From positions 25,048,001 to 25,112,000 of the forward strand of contig OZ024753.1 of the NCBI GenBank assembly GCA_964016885.1: 64,000 nucleotides of DNA. The letters are read 5' to 3'. Positions 16,101 through 31,400 of the stretch are shown here, piece after piece; the first letter of the stretch is position 1; the number at the start of each line of letters is the position of its first letter. Made by a program: the position numbers and the translations under genes. The notes under the pieces are model-generated. The model saw only the letters and a list, made by a program, of their open reading frames with translations. It was not told the origin of the DNA and made no database searches. Origin of the DNA: Eledone cirrhosa. Its lineage: Eukaryota.

Positions 16101-17300
16101 CTCCAGCGAAGATATAGAAACATGATAGTAATAACTCCAGCCAAGACATAGAAACATGATAGTAATAACTCCAGCCAACACATAGAAACATGATAGTAAT
16201 AACTCCAGCCAAGATATAGAAACAGGATAGTAATAACTCCAGTCAAGACATAGAAACATGATAGTAATAACTCCAGTCAAGACATAGAAACATGATAGTA
16301 ATAACTCCAACCAAGTCATAGAAACATGATAGTAATAACTCCAATCAAGACATAGAAACAGGATAGTAATAACTCCTACCAAGACATAGAAACATGATAG
16401 TAATAACTCCAACCAAGACATAGAAACAGGATAGTAATAACTCCAGCCAAGATATAGAAACAGGATAGTAATAACTCCAACCAAGATATAGAAAAAGGAT
16501 AGTAATAACTCCAATCAAGAGATAGAAACATGATAGTAATAACTCCAACCAAGATATAGAAACAGGATAGTAATAACTCCAACCAAGACATAGAAACATG
16601 ATAGTAATAACTCAAACCAAGATATAGAAACAGGATAGTAATAACTCCAACCAAGACATAGAAAAAGGATAGTAATAACTCCAGCCAAGATATAGAAACA
16701 GGATAGTAATAACTCCAACCAAGACATAGAAACAGGATAGTAATAACTACAACCAAGATATAGAAACAGGATAGTAATAACTCCAACCAAGACATAGAAA
16801 AAGGATAGTAATAACTCCAGCCAAGATATAGAAACAGGATAGTAATAACTCCAACCAAGACATAGAAACAGGATAGTAATAACTCCAACCAAGACATAGT
16901 AACAGGATAGTAATAACTCCAACCAAGACAGAGAAACAGGATAGTAATAACTACAACCAAGATATAGAAACATGATAGTAATAACTCCAGCCAAGATATA
17001 GAAACAGGATAGTAATAACTCCAACCAAGACATAGAAACAGGATAGTAATAACTCCAACCAAAATATGGAAACATGATAGTAATAACTCCAATCAAGACA
17101 TAGAAACAGGATAGTAATAACTCCAACCAAGACAGAGAAACAGGATAGTAATAACTCCAGTCAAGACATAGAAACAGGATAGTAATAACTCCAGCCAAGA
17201 TATAGAAACAGGATAGTAATAACTCCAGTCAAGACATAGAAACATGATAGTAATAACTCCAGTCAAGACATAGAAACATGATAGTAATAACTCCAACCAA
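10120..17300. repeat. About 3.5-3.7 kb (104-108 monomer) tandem duplication
   Basis: Private variants recur at offset 3536: GTCAGGAC at 10771/14307, CTCAAGTC at 11140/14676 and AAGTAC at 11817/15353. The later part is offset by 3672 (ORFs 12265/15937; AAGAGATAG at about 12847/16519). Confidence 0.88.
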
Positions 17301-17329
17301 GTCATAGAAACATGATAGTAATAACTCCA

Positions 17330-20300
17330 GTCAAGACACAGAAACAGGATAGTAATAACTCCAGTCAAGACATTGAAGCATGATAGTAATAACTCCAACC
17401 AAGATATAGAAACATGATAGTAATAACTCCAACCAAGACATAGAAACAGGATAGTAATAACTCCAGCCAAGATATAGAAACAATACAGTAATAACTCCAA
17501 CCAAGACATAGAAATAGGATAGTAATAACTCCAACCAAGACATAGAAACAGGATAGTAATAACTCCAGCCAAGATATAGAAACAGGATAGTAATAACTCC
17601 AACCAAGACATAGAAACATGATAGTAATAACTCCAACCAAGATATAGAAACAGGATAGTAATAACTCCAACCAAGACATAGAAACATGATAGTAATAACT
17701 CAAACCAAGATATAGAATCAGGATAGTAATAACTCCAACCAAGACATAGAAAAAGGATAGTAATAACTCCAGCCAAGATATAGAAACAGGATAGTAATAA
17801 CTCCAACAAAGACATAGAAACAGGATAGTAATAACTCCAACCAAGACATAGAAACAGGATAGTAATAACTCCAACCAAGACATAGAAACAGGATAGTAAT
17901 AACTACAACCAAGATATAGAAACATGATAGTAATAACTCCAGCCAAGATATAGAAACAGGATAGTAATAACTCCAACCAAAATATGGAAACATGATAGTA
18001 ATAACTCCAACCAAGTTATAGAAACAGGATAGTAATAACTCCAGTCAAGACATAGTAACAGGATAGTAATAACTACAACCAAGATATAGAAACTTGATAG
18101 TAATAACTGCAGTCAAGACATAGAAACAGGATAGTAATAACTCCAGCCAAGATATAGAAACAGGATAGTAATAACTCCAGTCAAGACATAGAAACATGAT
18201 AGTAATAACTCCAGTCAAGACATAGAAACATGATAGTAATAACTCCAGTCAAGACATAGAAACAGGATAGTAATAACTCCAGTCAAGCCATAGAAGCATG
18301 ATAGTAATAACTCCAACCAAGATATAGAAACAAGATAGTAATAACTCCAACCAAGACATAGAAACATGATAGTAATAACTCCAGTCAAGACATAGAAACA
18401 TGATAGTAATAACACCAGTCACGACGTTGAAACAGGATAGTAATAACTCCTGCCAAGACATAGAAACAGGATAGTAATAACTCCAACCAAGACATAGAAA
18501 CATGATAGTAATAACTCCAACCAAGACATAGAAACAGGATAGTAATAACTCCAGCCAAGATATAGAAACAATACAGTAATAACTCCAACCAAGACATAGA
18601 AATAGGATAGTAATAACTCCAACCAAGACATAGAAACAGGATAGTAATAACTCCAGCCAAGATATAGAAACAGGATAGTAATAACTCCAACCAAGACATA
18701 GAAACATGATAGTAATAACTCCAACCAAGATATAGAAACAGGATAGTAATAACTCCAACCAAGACATAGAAACATGATAGTAATAACTCAAACCAAGATA
18801 TAGAAACAGGATAGTAATAACTCCAACCAAGACATAGAAAAAGGATAGTAATAACTCCAGCCAAGATATAGAAACAGGATAGTAATAACTCCAACCAAGA
18901 CATAGAAACAGGATAGTAATAACTACAACCAAGATATAGAAACAGGATAGTAATAACTCCAACCAAGACATAGAAAAAGGATAGTAATAACTCCAGCCAA
19001 GATATAGAAACAGGATAGTAATAACTCCAACAAAGACATAGAAACAGGATAGTAATAACTCCAACCAAGACATAGAAACAGGATAGTAATAACTCCAACC
19101 AAGACATAGAAACAGGATAGTAATAACTACAACCAAGATATAGAAACATGATAGTAATAACTCCAGCCAAGATATAGAAACAGGATAGTAATAACTCCAA
19201 CCAAAATATGGAAACATGATAGTAATAACTCCAACCAAGTTATAGAAACAGGATAGTAATAACTCCAGTCAAGACATAGTAACAGGATAGTAATAACTAC
19301 AACCAAGATATAGAAACTTGATAGTAATAACTGCAGTCAAGACATAGAAACAGGATAGTAATAACTCCAGCCAAGATATAGAAACAGGATAGTAATAACT
19401 CCAGTCAAGACATAGAAACATGATAGTAATAACTCCAGTCAAGACATAGAAACATGATAGTAATAACTCCAGTCAAGACATAGAAACATGATAGTAATAA
19501 CTCCAACAAAGACATAGAAACAGGATAGTAATAACTCCAACCAAGACATAGAAACAGGATAGTAATAACTCCAACCAAGACATAGAAACAGGATAGTAAT
19601 AACTACAACCCAGATATAGAAACATGATAGTAATAACTCCAGCCAAGATATAGAAACAGGATAGTAATAACTCCAACCAAAATATGGAAACATGATAGTA
19701 ATAACTCCAACCAAGTTATAGAAACAGGATAGTAATAACTCCAGTCAAGACATAGTAACAGGATAGTAATAACTACAACCAAGATATAGAAACTTGATAG
19801 TAATAACTGCAGTCAAGACATAGAAACAGGATAGTAATAACTCCAGCCAAGATATAGAAACAGGATAGTAATAACTCCAGTCAAGACATAGAAACATGAT
19901 AGTAATAACTCCAGTCAAGACATAGAAACATGATAGTAATAACTCCAGTCAAGACATAGAAACAGGATAGTAATAACTCCAGTCAAGCCATAGAAGCATG
20001 ATAGTAATAACTCCAACCAAGATATAGAAACAAGATAGTAATAACTCCAACCAAGACATAGAAACATGATAGTAATAACTCCAGTCAAGACATAGAAACA
20101 TGATAGTAATAACACCAGTCACGACGTTGAAACAGGATAGTAATAACTCCTGCCAAGACATAGAAACAGGATAGTAATAACTCCAACCAAGACATAGAAA
20201 CATGATAGTAATAACTCCAACCAAGACATAGAAACAGGATAGTAATAACTCCAGCCAAGATATAGAAACAATACAGTAATAACTCCAACCAAGACATAGA

Positions 20301-22320
20301 AATAGGATAGTAATAACTCCAACCAAGACATAGAAACAGGATAGTAATAACTCCAGCCAAGATATAGAAACAGGATAGTAATAACTCCAACCAAGACATA
20401 GAAACATGATAGTAATAACTCCAACCAAGATATAGAAACAGGATAGTAATAACTCCAACCAAGACATAGAAACATGATAGTAATAACTCAAACCAAGATA
20501 TAGAAACAGGATAGTAATAACTCCAACCAAGACATAGAAAAAGGATAGTAATAACTCCAGCCAAGATATAGAAACAGGATAGTAATAACTCCAACCAAGA
20601 CATAGAAACAGGATAGTAATAACTACAACCAAGATATAGAAACAGGATAGTAATAACTCCAACCAAGACATAGAAAAAGGATAGTAATAACTCCAGCCAA
20701 GATATAGAAACAGGATAGTAATAACTCCAACAAAGACATAGAAACAGGATAGTAATAACTCCAACCAAGACATAGAAACAGGATAGTAATAACTCCAACC
20801 AAGACATAGAAACAGGATAGTAATAACTACAACCAAGATATAGAAACATGATAGTAATAACTCCAGCCAAGATATAGAAACAGGATAGTAATAACTCCAA
20901 CCAAAATATGGAAACATGATAGTAATAACTCCAACCAAGTTATAGAAACAGGATAGTAATAACTCCAGTCAAGACATAGTAACAGGATAGTAATAACTAC
21001 AACCAAGATATAGAAACTTGATAGTAATAACTGCAGTCAAGACATAGAAACAGGATAGTAATAACTCCAGCCAAGATATAGAAACAGGATAGTAATAACT
21101 CCAGTCAAGACATAGAAACATGATAGTAATAACTCCAGTCAAGACATAGAAACATGATAGTAATAACTCCAGTCAAGACATAGAAACAGGATAGTAATAA
21201 CTCCAGTCAAGCCATAGAAGCATGATAGTAATAACTCCAACCAAGATATAGAAACAAGATAGTAATAACTCCAACCAAGACATAGAAACATGATAGTAAT
21301 AACTCCAGTCAAGACATAGAAACATGATAGTAATAACACCAGTCACGACGCTGAAACAGGATAGTAATAACTCCTGCCAAGATATAGAAACAGGATAGTA
21401 ATAACTCCAACCAAGACATAGAAACAGGATAGTAATAACTCCAACCAAGACATAGAAACATGATAGTAATAACTCCAACCAAGACATAGAAACAGGATAG
21501 TAATAACTCCAGCCAAGATATAGAAACAGTACAGTAATAACTCCAACCAAGACATAGAAATAGGATAGTAATAACTCCAACCAAGACATAGAAACAGGAT
21601 AGTAATAACTCCAGCCAAGATATAGAAACAGGATAGTAATAACTCCAACCAAGACATAGAAACATGATAGTAATAACTCCAACCAAGATATAGAAACAGG
21701 ATAGTAATAACTCCAACCAAGACATAGAAACATGGTAGTAATAACTCAAACCAAGATATAGAAACAGGATAGTAATAACTCCAACCAAGACATAGAAAAA
21801 GGATAGTAATAACTCCAGCCAAGATATAGAAACAGGATAGTAATAACTCCAACCAAGACATAGAAACAGGATAGTAATAACTACAACCAAGATATAGAAA
21901 CAGGATAGTAATAACTCCAACCAAGACATAGAAAAAGGATAGTAATAACTCCAGCCAAGATATAGAAACAGGATAGTAATAACTCCAACAAAGACATAGA
22001 AACAGGATAGTAATAACTCCAACCAAGACATAGAAACAGGATAGTAATAACTCCAACCAAGACATAGAAACAGGATAGTAATAAATACAACCAAGATATA
22101 GAAACATGATAGTAATAACTCCAGCCAAGATATAGAAACAGGATAGTAATAACTCCAACCAAAATATGGAAACATCATAGTAATAACTCCAACCAAGTTA
22201 TAGAAACAGGATAGTAATAACTCCAGTCAAGACATAGTAACAGGATAGTAATAACTACAACCAAGATATATAAACTTGATAGTAATAACTGCAGTCAAGA
22301 CATAGAAACAGGATAGTAAT
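17330..22320. repeat. Distinct HOR subfamily of about 36 monomers (36/14/36/37-mer units; 1700-bp duplication)
   Basis: The private marker AACTTGATAGTAATAACTGCAG occurs at 18091, 19315, 19791, 21015 and 22273. ACGACG occurs at 18421, 20121 and 21345. ORFs 18249/19949 and 18385/20085 are identical at offset 1700. Confidence 0.88.
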
Positions 22321-25300
22321 AACTCCAGCCAAGATATAGAAACAGGATAGTAATAACTCCAGTCAAGACATAGAAACATGATAGTAATAACTCCAGTCAA
22401 GACATAGAAACATGATAGTAATAACTCCAGTCAAGACATAGAAACAGGATAGTAATAACTCCAGTCAAGACATAGAAACATGATAGTAATAACTCCAACC
22501 AAGTCATAGAAACATGATAGTAATAACTCCAGCCAAGATATAGAAACAGGATAGTAATAACTCCAGTCAAGATATAGAAACATGATAGTAATAACTCCAG
22601 TCAAGACATAGAAACATGATAGTAATAACTCCAACCAAGTCATAGAAACATGATAGTAATAACACCAGTCAAGACATAGAAACATGATAGTAATAACTCC
22701 AGTCAAGACATAGAAACATTATAGTAATAACACCAACCAAGACATAGGAACAGGATAGTAATAACTCCAGCCAACACGTAGAAACATGATAGTAATAACT
22801 CCAGCCAAGATATAGAAACAGGATAGTAATAACTCCAGTCAAGACATAGAAACATGATAGTAATAACTCCAGTCAAGACATAGAAACATGATAGTAATAA
22901 CTCCAGCCAAGACATAGAAACATGATAGTAATAACTCCAGCCAACACATAGAAACATGATAGTAATAACTCCAGTCAAGACATAGAAACAGGATAGTAAT
23001 AACTCCAGTCAAGACATAGAAACATTATAGTAATAACACCAACCAAGACATAGGAACAGGATAGTAATAACTCCAGTCAAGACATAGAAACAGGATAGTA
23101 ATAACTCCAACCAAGACATAGAAACAGGATAGTAATAACTCCAACCAAAATATGGAAACATGATAGTAATAACTCCAACCAAGACATAGAAACATGATAG
23201 TAATAACTCCAACCAAGACATAGAAACAGGATAGTAATAACTCCAACCAAGATATAGAAATAGGATAGTAATAACTCCAACCAAAATATTGAAACATGAT
23301 AGTAATAACTCCAACCAAGATATAGAAACAGGATAGTAATAACTCCAACCAAGACATAGAAACAGGATAGTAATAACTCCAAACTAAATGTGGAAACATG
23401 ATAGTAATAACTCCAATCAAGACATAGAAACAGGATAGTAATAACTCCTACCAAGACATAGAAACATGATAGTAATAACTCCAACCAAGACATAGAAACA
23501 GGATAGTAATAACTCCAGCCAAGATATAGAAACAGGATAGTAATAACTCCAACCAAGACATAGAAACATGATAGTAATAACTCCAACCAAGATATAGAAA
23601 CAGGATAGTAATAACTGCAACCAAGACATAGAAACATGATAGTAATAACTCCAACCAAGATATAGAAACAGGATAGTAATAACTCCAACCAAGACATAGA
23701 AACATGATAGTAATAACTCAAACCAAGATATAGAAACGGGATAGTAATAACTCCAACCAAGACATAGTAAAAGGATAGTAATAACTCCAGCCAAGATATA
23801 GAAACAGGATAGTAATAACTCCAACCAAGACATAGAAACAGGATAGTAATAACTACAACCAAGATATAGAAACAGGATAGTAATAACTCCAACCAAGACA
23901 TAGAAAAAGGATAGTAATAACTCCAGCCAAGATATAGAAACAGGATAGTAATAACTCCAACCAAGACATAGAAACAGGATAGTAATAACTCCAACCAAGA
24001 CATAGAAACAGGATAGTAATAACTCCAACCAAGACGTAGAAACAGGATAGTAATAACTACAACCAAGATATAGAAACATGATAGTAATAACTCCAGCCAA
24101 GATATAGAAACAGGATAGTAATAACTCCAACCAAGACATAGAAACAGGATAGTAATAACTCCAACTAAAATATGGAAACATGATAGTAATAACTCCAATC
24201 AAGACATAGAAACAGGATAGTAATAACTCCAACCAAGACAGAGAAACAGGATAGTAATAACTCCAGTCAAGACATAGAAACAGGATAGTAATAACTCCAG
24301 CCAAGATATAGAAACAGGATAGTAATAACTCCAGTCAAGACATAGAAACATGATAGTAATAACTCCAGTCAAGACATAGAAACATGATAGTAATAACTCC
24401 AGTCAAGACATAGAAACAGGATAGTAATAACTCCAGTCAAGACATAGAAACAGGATAGTAATAACTCCAACGAAGACATAGAAACATGATAGTAATAACT
24501 CCAACCAAGATATAGAAACAGGATAGTAATAACTCAAACCAAGATATAGAAACAGGATAGTAATAACTCCAACCAAGACATAGAAACATGATAGTAATAA
24601 CTCCAGCCAAGATATAGAAACATGATAGTAATAACTCCAGCCAAGACATAGAAACATGATAGTAATAACTCCAGCCAACACATAGAAACATGATAGTAAT
24701 AACTCCAGCCAAGATATAGAAACAGGATAGTAATAACTCCAGTCAAGACATAGAAACATGATAGTAATAACTCCAGTCAAGACATAGAAACATGATAGTA
24801 ATAACTCCAACCAAGTCATAGAAACATGATAGTAATAACTCCAGTCAAGACATAGAAACAGGATAGTAATAACTCCAGTCAAGACATAGAAACATTATAG
24901 TAATAACACCAACCAAGACATAGGAACAGGATAGTAATAACTCCAGTCAAAACATAGAAACAGGATAGTAATAACTCCAACCAAGATATAGAAACAGGAT
25001 AGTAATAACTCCAGTCAAGACATAGAAACATGATAATAATAACTCCAACCAAGACATAGAAACATGATAGTAATAAACCCAATCATGACATAAAAACATG
25101 ATAATAATAACTTCAGTCAAGATATAGAAACATGATAGTAATAACTCCAGTCAAGATATAGAAACATGATAGTAATAACTCCAGCCAAGACATAGAAACA
25201 TGATAGTAATAACTCCAGCCAACACATAGAAACATGATAGTAATAACTCCAGCCAAGATATAGAAACAGGATAGTAATAACTCCAGTCAAGACATAGAAA

Positions 25301-25799
25301 CATGATAGTAATAACTCCAGCCAAGATATAGAAACAGGATAGTAATAACTCCAGTCAAGACATAGAAACATGATAGTAATAACTCCAGTCAAGACATAGA
25401 AACATGATAGTAATAACTCCAGTCAAGACATAGAAACATGATAGTAATAACCCCAATCAAGTTATAGAAACATGATACTAATAACTCCAACCAAGACATA
25501 GAAACATGATAGTAATAACTCCAACCAAAATATAGAAACAGGATAGTAATAACTCTAACCAAGGTATAGAAACATTATAGTAATAACTCCAACCAAAATA
25601 TAGAAACATGATAGTAGTAACTCCAACCAAGACATAGAAACATGATAGTAATAACTCCAACCAAGACATAGAAACAGGATAGTAATAACTCCAACCAAGA
25701 CATAGAAACAGGATAGTAATAACTCCAGCCAAGATATAGAAACAGGATAGTAATAACTCCAACCAAGACATAGAAACATGATAGTAATAACTCCAACCA

Positions 25800-28700
25800 A
25801 GATATAGAAACAGGATAGTAATAACTCCAACCAAGACATAGAAACAGGATAGTAATAACTCCAGCCAAGATATAGAAACAGGATAGTAATAACTCCAGCC
25901 AAGATATAGAAACAGGATAGTAATAACTCCAACCAAGACATAGAAACAGGATAGTAATAACTCCAATCAAAATATGGAAACATGATAGTAATAACTCCAA
26001 TCAAGACATAGAAACAGGATAGTAATAACTCCAACCAAGACAGTGAAACAGGATAGTAATAACTCCAGTCAAGACATAGAAACAGGATAGTAATAACTCC
26101 AGCCAAGATATAGAAACAGGATAGTAATAACTCCAGTCAAGACATAGAAACATGATAGTAATAACTCCAGTCAAGACATAGAAACATGATAGTAATAACT
26201 CCAGTCAAGACATAGAAACAGGATAGTAATAACTCCAGTCAAGACATAGAAACATGATAGTAATAACTCCAGTCAAGACATAGAAACAGGATAGTAATAA
26301 CTCCAGCCAAGACATAGAAACATTATAGTAATAACACCAACCAAGACATAGGAACAGGATAGTAATAACTCCAGTCAAAACATAGAAACAGGATAGTAAT
26401 AACTCCAACCAAGATATAGAAACAGGATAGTAATAACTCCAGTCAAGACATAGAAACAGGATAGTAATAAATCCAACCAAGACATAGAAACATGATAGTA
26501 ATAACTCCAACCAAGATATAGAAACAGGATAGTAATAACTCCAGTCAAGACATAGAAACATGATAGTAATAACTCCAGTCAAGACATAGAAACAGGATAG
26601 TAATAACTCCAACCAAGATATAGAAACAGGATAGTAATAACTCCAGTCAAGACATAGTAAAAGGATAGTAATACCTCCAACCAAGATATAGAAACAGGAT
26701 AGTAATAACTCCAGCAAAGACATAGAAACAGGATAGTAATAACTCCAGTCAAGACATAGAAACATGATAGTAATAACTCCAGTCAAGACATAGAAACATG
26801 ATAGTAATAACTCCAACCAAGATATAGAAACAGGATAGTAATAACTCCAGTCAAGACATAGTAACAGGATAGTAATAACTCCAACCAAGATATAGAAACA
26901 GGATAGTAATAACCCCCAACCAAGACATAGAAACGGGATAGTAATAACTCCAGTCAAGACATAGAAACAGCATAGTAATAACTCCAACCAAGACATAGAA
27001 ACATGATAGTAATAACCCCAATCATGACATAGAAACAGGATAGTAATAACTCCAACCAAGATATAGAAATAGGATAGTAATAACTCCAACCAAGACATAG
27101 AAACATGATAGTAATAACTCCAACCAAGACATACAAACAGGATAGTAATAACTCCAGCAAAGACATAGTAAAAGGATAGTAATACCTCCAACCAAGATAT
27201 AGAAACAGGATAGTAATAACTCCAGCAAAGACATAGAAACAGGATAGTAATAACTCCAGTCAAGACATAGAAACATGATAGTAATAACTTCAGTCAAGAT
27301 ATAGAAACAAGATAGTAATAAGTCAAGACATAGAAACATGATAGTAATAACTCCAGCTAAGACATAGAAACATGATAGTAATAACTCCCGCCAAGATATA
27401 GAAACATGATAGTAATAACTCCAGTCAAGACATAGAAACATGATAGTAATAACTCCAGTCAAGACATAGAAACATGATAGTAATAACTCCAGTCAAGATA
27501 TAGAAACATGATAGTAATAACCCCAATCAAGTTATAGAAACATGATAGTAATAACTCCAACCAAGACATAGAAACATGATAGTAATAACTCCAACCAAAA
27601 TATAGAAACATGATAGTAACAACTCCAACCAAGATATAGAAACATGATAGTAATAACTCCAACCAAAATATAGAAACATGATAGTAATAACTCCAACCAA
27701 GACATAGAAACATGATAGTAATAACTCCAACCAAGACATAGAAACAGGATAGTAATAACTCCAACCAAGATATAGAAATAGGATAGTAATAACTCCAACC
27801 AAAATATTGAAACATGATAGTAATAACTCTAACCAAGATATAGAAACATGATAGTAATAACTCCAAACAAGATATAGAAACATGATAATAATATCTCCAA
27901 CCAAGACATAGAAACAGGATAGTAATAACTCGAGACAAGACATAGAAACAGGATAGTAATAACTCCAGACAAGACTGAGAAACATGATAATAATAACTCC
28001 AACCAAGTCATAGAAACATGATAGTAATAACTCCAGTCAAGACATAGAAACAGGATAGTAATAACTCCAGTCAAGACATAGAAACATTATAGTAATAACA
28101 CCAACCAAGACATAGGAACAGGATAGTAATAACTCCAGTCAAAACATAGAAACAGGATAGTAATAACTCCAACCAAGATATAGAAACAGGATAGTAATAA
28201 CTCCAGTCAAGACATAGAAACATGATAATAATAACTCCAACCAAGACATAGAAACATGATAGTAATAAACCCAATCATGACATAAAAACATGATAATAAT
28301 AACTTCAGTCAAGATATAGAAACATGATAGTAATAACTCCAGTCAAGATATAGAAACATGATAGTAATAACTCCAGCCAAGACATAGAAACATGATAGTA
28401 ATAACTCCAGCCAACACATAGAAACATGATAGTAATAACTCCAGCCAAGATATAGAAACAGGATAGTAATAACTCCAGTCAAGACATAGAAACATGATAG
28501 TAATAACTCCAGTCAAGACATAGAAACATGATAGTAATAACTCCAGCCAAGACATAGAAACATGATAGTAATAACTCCAGCCAACACATAGAAACATGAT
28601 AGTAATAACTCCAGCCAAGATATAGAAACAGGATAGTAATAACTCCAGTCAAGACATAGAAACATGATAGTAATAACTCCAGTCAAGACATAGAAACATG

Positions 28701-31400
28701 ATAGTAATAACTCCAGTCAAGACATAGAAACATGATAGTAATAACCCCAATCAAGTTATAGAAACATGGTAGTAATAACTCCAACCAAGACATAGAAACA
28801 TGATAGTAATAACTCCAACCAAAATATAGAAACAGGATAGTAATAACTCTAACCAAGATATAGAAACATGACAGTAATAACTCCAGCCAAGATATAGAAA
28901 CAGGATAGTAATAACTCCAACCAAGACATAGAAACAGGATAGTAATAACTCCAACCAAAATATGGAAACATGATAGTAATAACTCCAACCAAGACATAGA
29001 AACATGATAGTAATAACTCCAACCAAGACATAGAAACAGGATAGTAATAACTCCAACCAAGATATAGAAATAGGATAGTAATAACTCCAACCAAAATATT
29101 GAAACATGATAGTAATAACTCCAACCAAGATATAGAAACAGGATAGTAATAACTCCAACCAAGACATAGAAACAGGATAGTAATAACTCCAAACTAAATG
29201 TGGAAACATGATAGTAATAACTCCAATCAAGACATAGAAACAGGATAGTAATAACTCCTACCAAGAGATAGAAACATGATAGTAATAACTCCAACCAAGA
29301 CATAGAAACAGGATAGTAATAACTCCAACCAAGACATAGAAACAGGATAGTAATAACTCCAGCCAAGATATAGAAACAGGATAGTAATAACTCCAACCAA
29401 GACATAGAAACATGATAGTAATAACTCCAACCAAGATATAGAAACAGGATAGTAATAACTCAAACCAAGATATAGAAACAGGATAGTAATAACTCCAACC
29501 AAGACATAGAAACAGGATAGTAATAACTCCAGCCAAGATATAGAAACAGGATAGTAATAACTCCAGCCAAGATATAGAAACAGGATAGTAATAACTCCAA
29601 CCAAGACATAGAAACAGGATAGTAATAACTCCAATCAAAATATGGAAACATGATAGTAATAACTCCAATCAAGACATAGAAACAGGATAGTAATAACTCC
29701 AACCAAGACAGTGAAACAGGATAGTAATAACTCCAGTCAAGACATAGAAACAGGATAGTAATAACTCCAGCCAAGATATAGAAACAGGATAGTAATAACA
29801 CCAACCAAGACATAGGAACAGGATAGTAATAACTCCAGTCAAAACATAGAAACAGGATAGTAATAACTCCAACCAAGATATAGAAACAGGATAGTAATAA
29901 CTCCAGTCAAGACATAGAAACAGGATAGTAATAAATCCAACCAAGACATAGAAACATGATAGTAATAACTCCAACCAAGATATAGAAACAGGATAGTAAT
30001 AACTCCAGTCAAGACATAGAAACATGATAGTAATAACTCCAGTCAAGACATAGAAACAGGATAGTAATAACTCCAACCAAGATATAGAAACAGGATAGTA
30101 ATAACTGCAGTCAAGACATAGTAAAAGGATAGTAATACCTCCAACCAAGATATAGAAACAGGATAGTAATAACTCCAGCAAAGACATAGAAACAGGATAG
30201 TAATAACTCCAGTCAAGACATAGAAACATGATAGTAATAACTCCAGTCAAGACATAGAAACATGATAGTAATAACTCCAACCAAGATATAGAAACAGGAT
30301 AGTAATAACTCCAGTCAAGACATAGTAACAGGATAGTAATAACTCCAACCAAGATATAGAAACAGGATAGTAATAACTCCAACCAAGACATAGAAACGGG
30401 ATAGTAATAACTCCAGTCAAGACATAGAAACAGGATAGTAATAACTCCAACCAAGACATACAAACAGGATAGTAATAACTCCAGCAAAGACATAGAAACA
30501 GCATAGTAATAACTCCAACCAAGACATAGAAACATGATAGTAATAACCCCAATCATGACATAGAAACATGATAATAATAACTTCAGTCAAGATATAGAAA
30601 CAAGATAGTAATAAGTCAAGACATAGAAACATGATAGTAATAACTCCAGCTAAGACATAGAAACATGATAGTAATAACTCCCGCCAAGATATAGAAACAT
30701 GATAGTAATAACTCCAGTCAAGACATAGAAACATGATAGTAATAACTCCAGTCAAGACATAGAAACATGATAGTAATAACTCCAGTCAAGATATAGAAAC
30801 ATGATAGTAATAACCCCAATCAAGTTATAGAAACATGATAGTAATAACTCCAACCAAGACATAGAAACATGATAGTAATAACTCCAACCAAAATATAGAA
30901 ACATGATAGTAACAACTCCAACCAAGATATAGAAACATGATAGTAATAACTCCAACCAAAATATAGAAACATGATAGTAATAACTCCAACCAAGACATAG
31001 AAACATGATAGTAATAACTCCAACCAAGACATAGAAACAGGATAGTAATAACTCCAACCAAGATATAGAAATAGGATAGTAATAACTCCAACCAAAATAT
31101 TGAAACATGATAGTAATAACTCTAACCAAGATATAGAAACATGATAGTAATAACTCCAACCAAGATATAGAAACATGATAATAATATCTCCAACCAAGAC
31201 ATAGAAACAGGATAGTAATAACTCGAGACAAGACATAGAAACAGGATAGTAATAACTCCAACCAAGACATAGAAACAGGATAGTAATAACTCCAGACAAG
31301 ACTGAGAAACATGATAATAATAACTCCAACCAAGACATAGAAACATGATAGTAATAACCCCAATCATGACATAAAAACATGATAATAATAACTTCAGTCA
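25800..31400. repeat. Diverged domain containing an approximately 3.3-kb duplication that shares a 5-bp deletion
   Basis: TAATAAGTC (CTCCA deleted) occurs at 27321 and 30614, and CTCGAG at 27929 and 31222. ORFs 27459/30752, 27527/30820 and 27829/31122 are offset by 3293 = 97x34-5. Confidence 0.85.
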
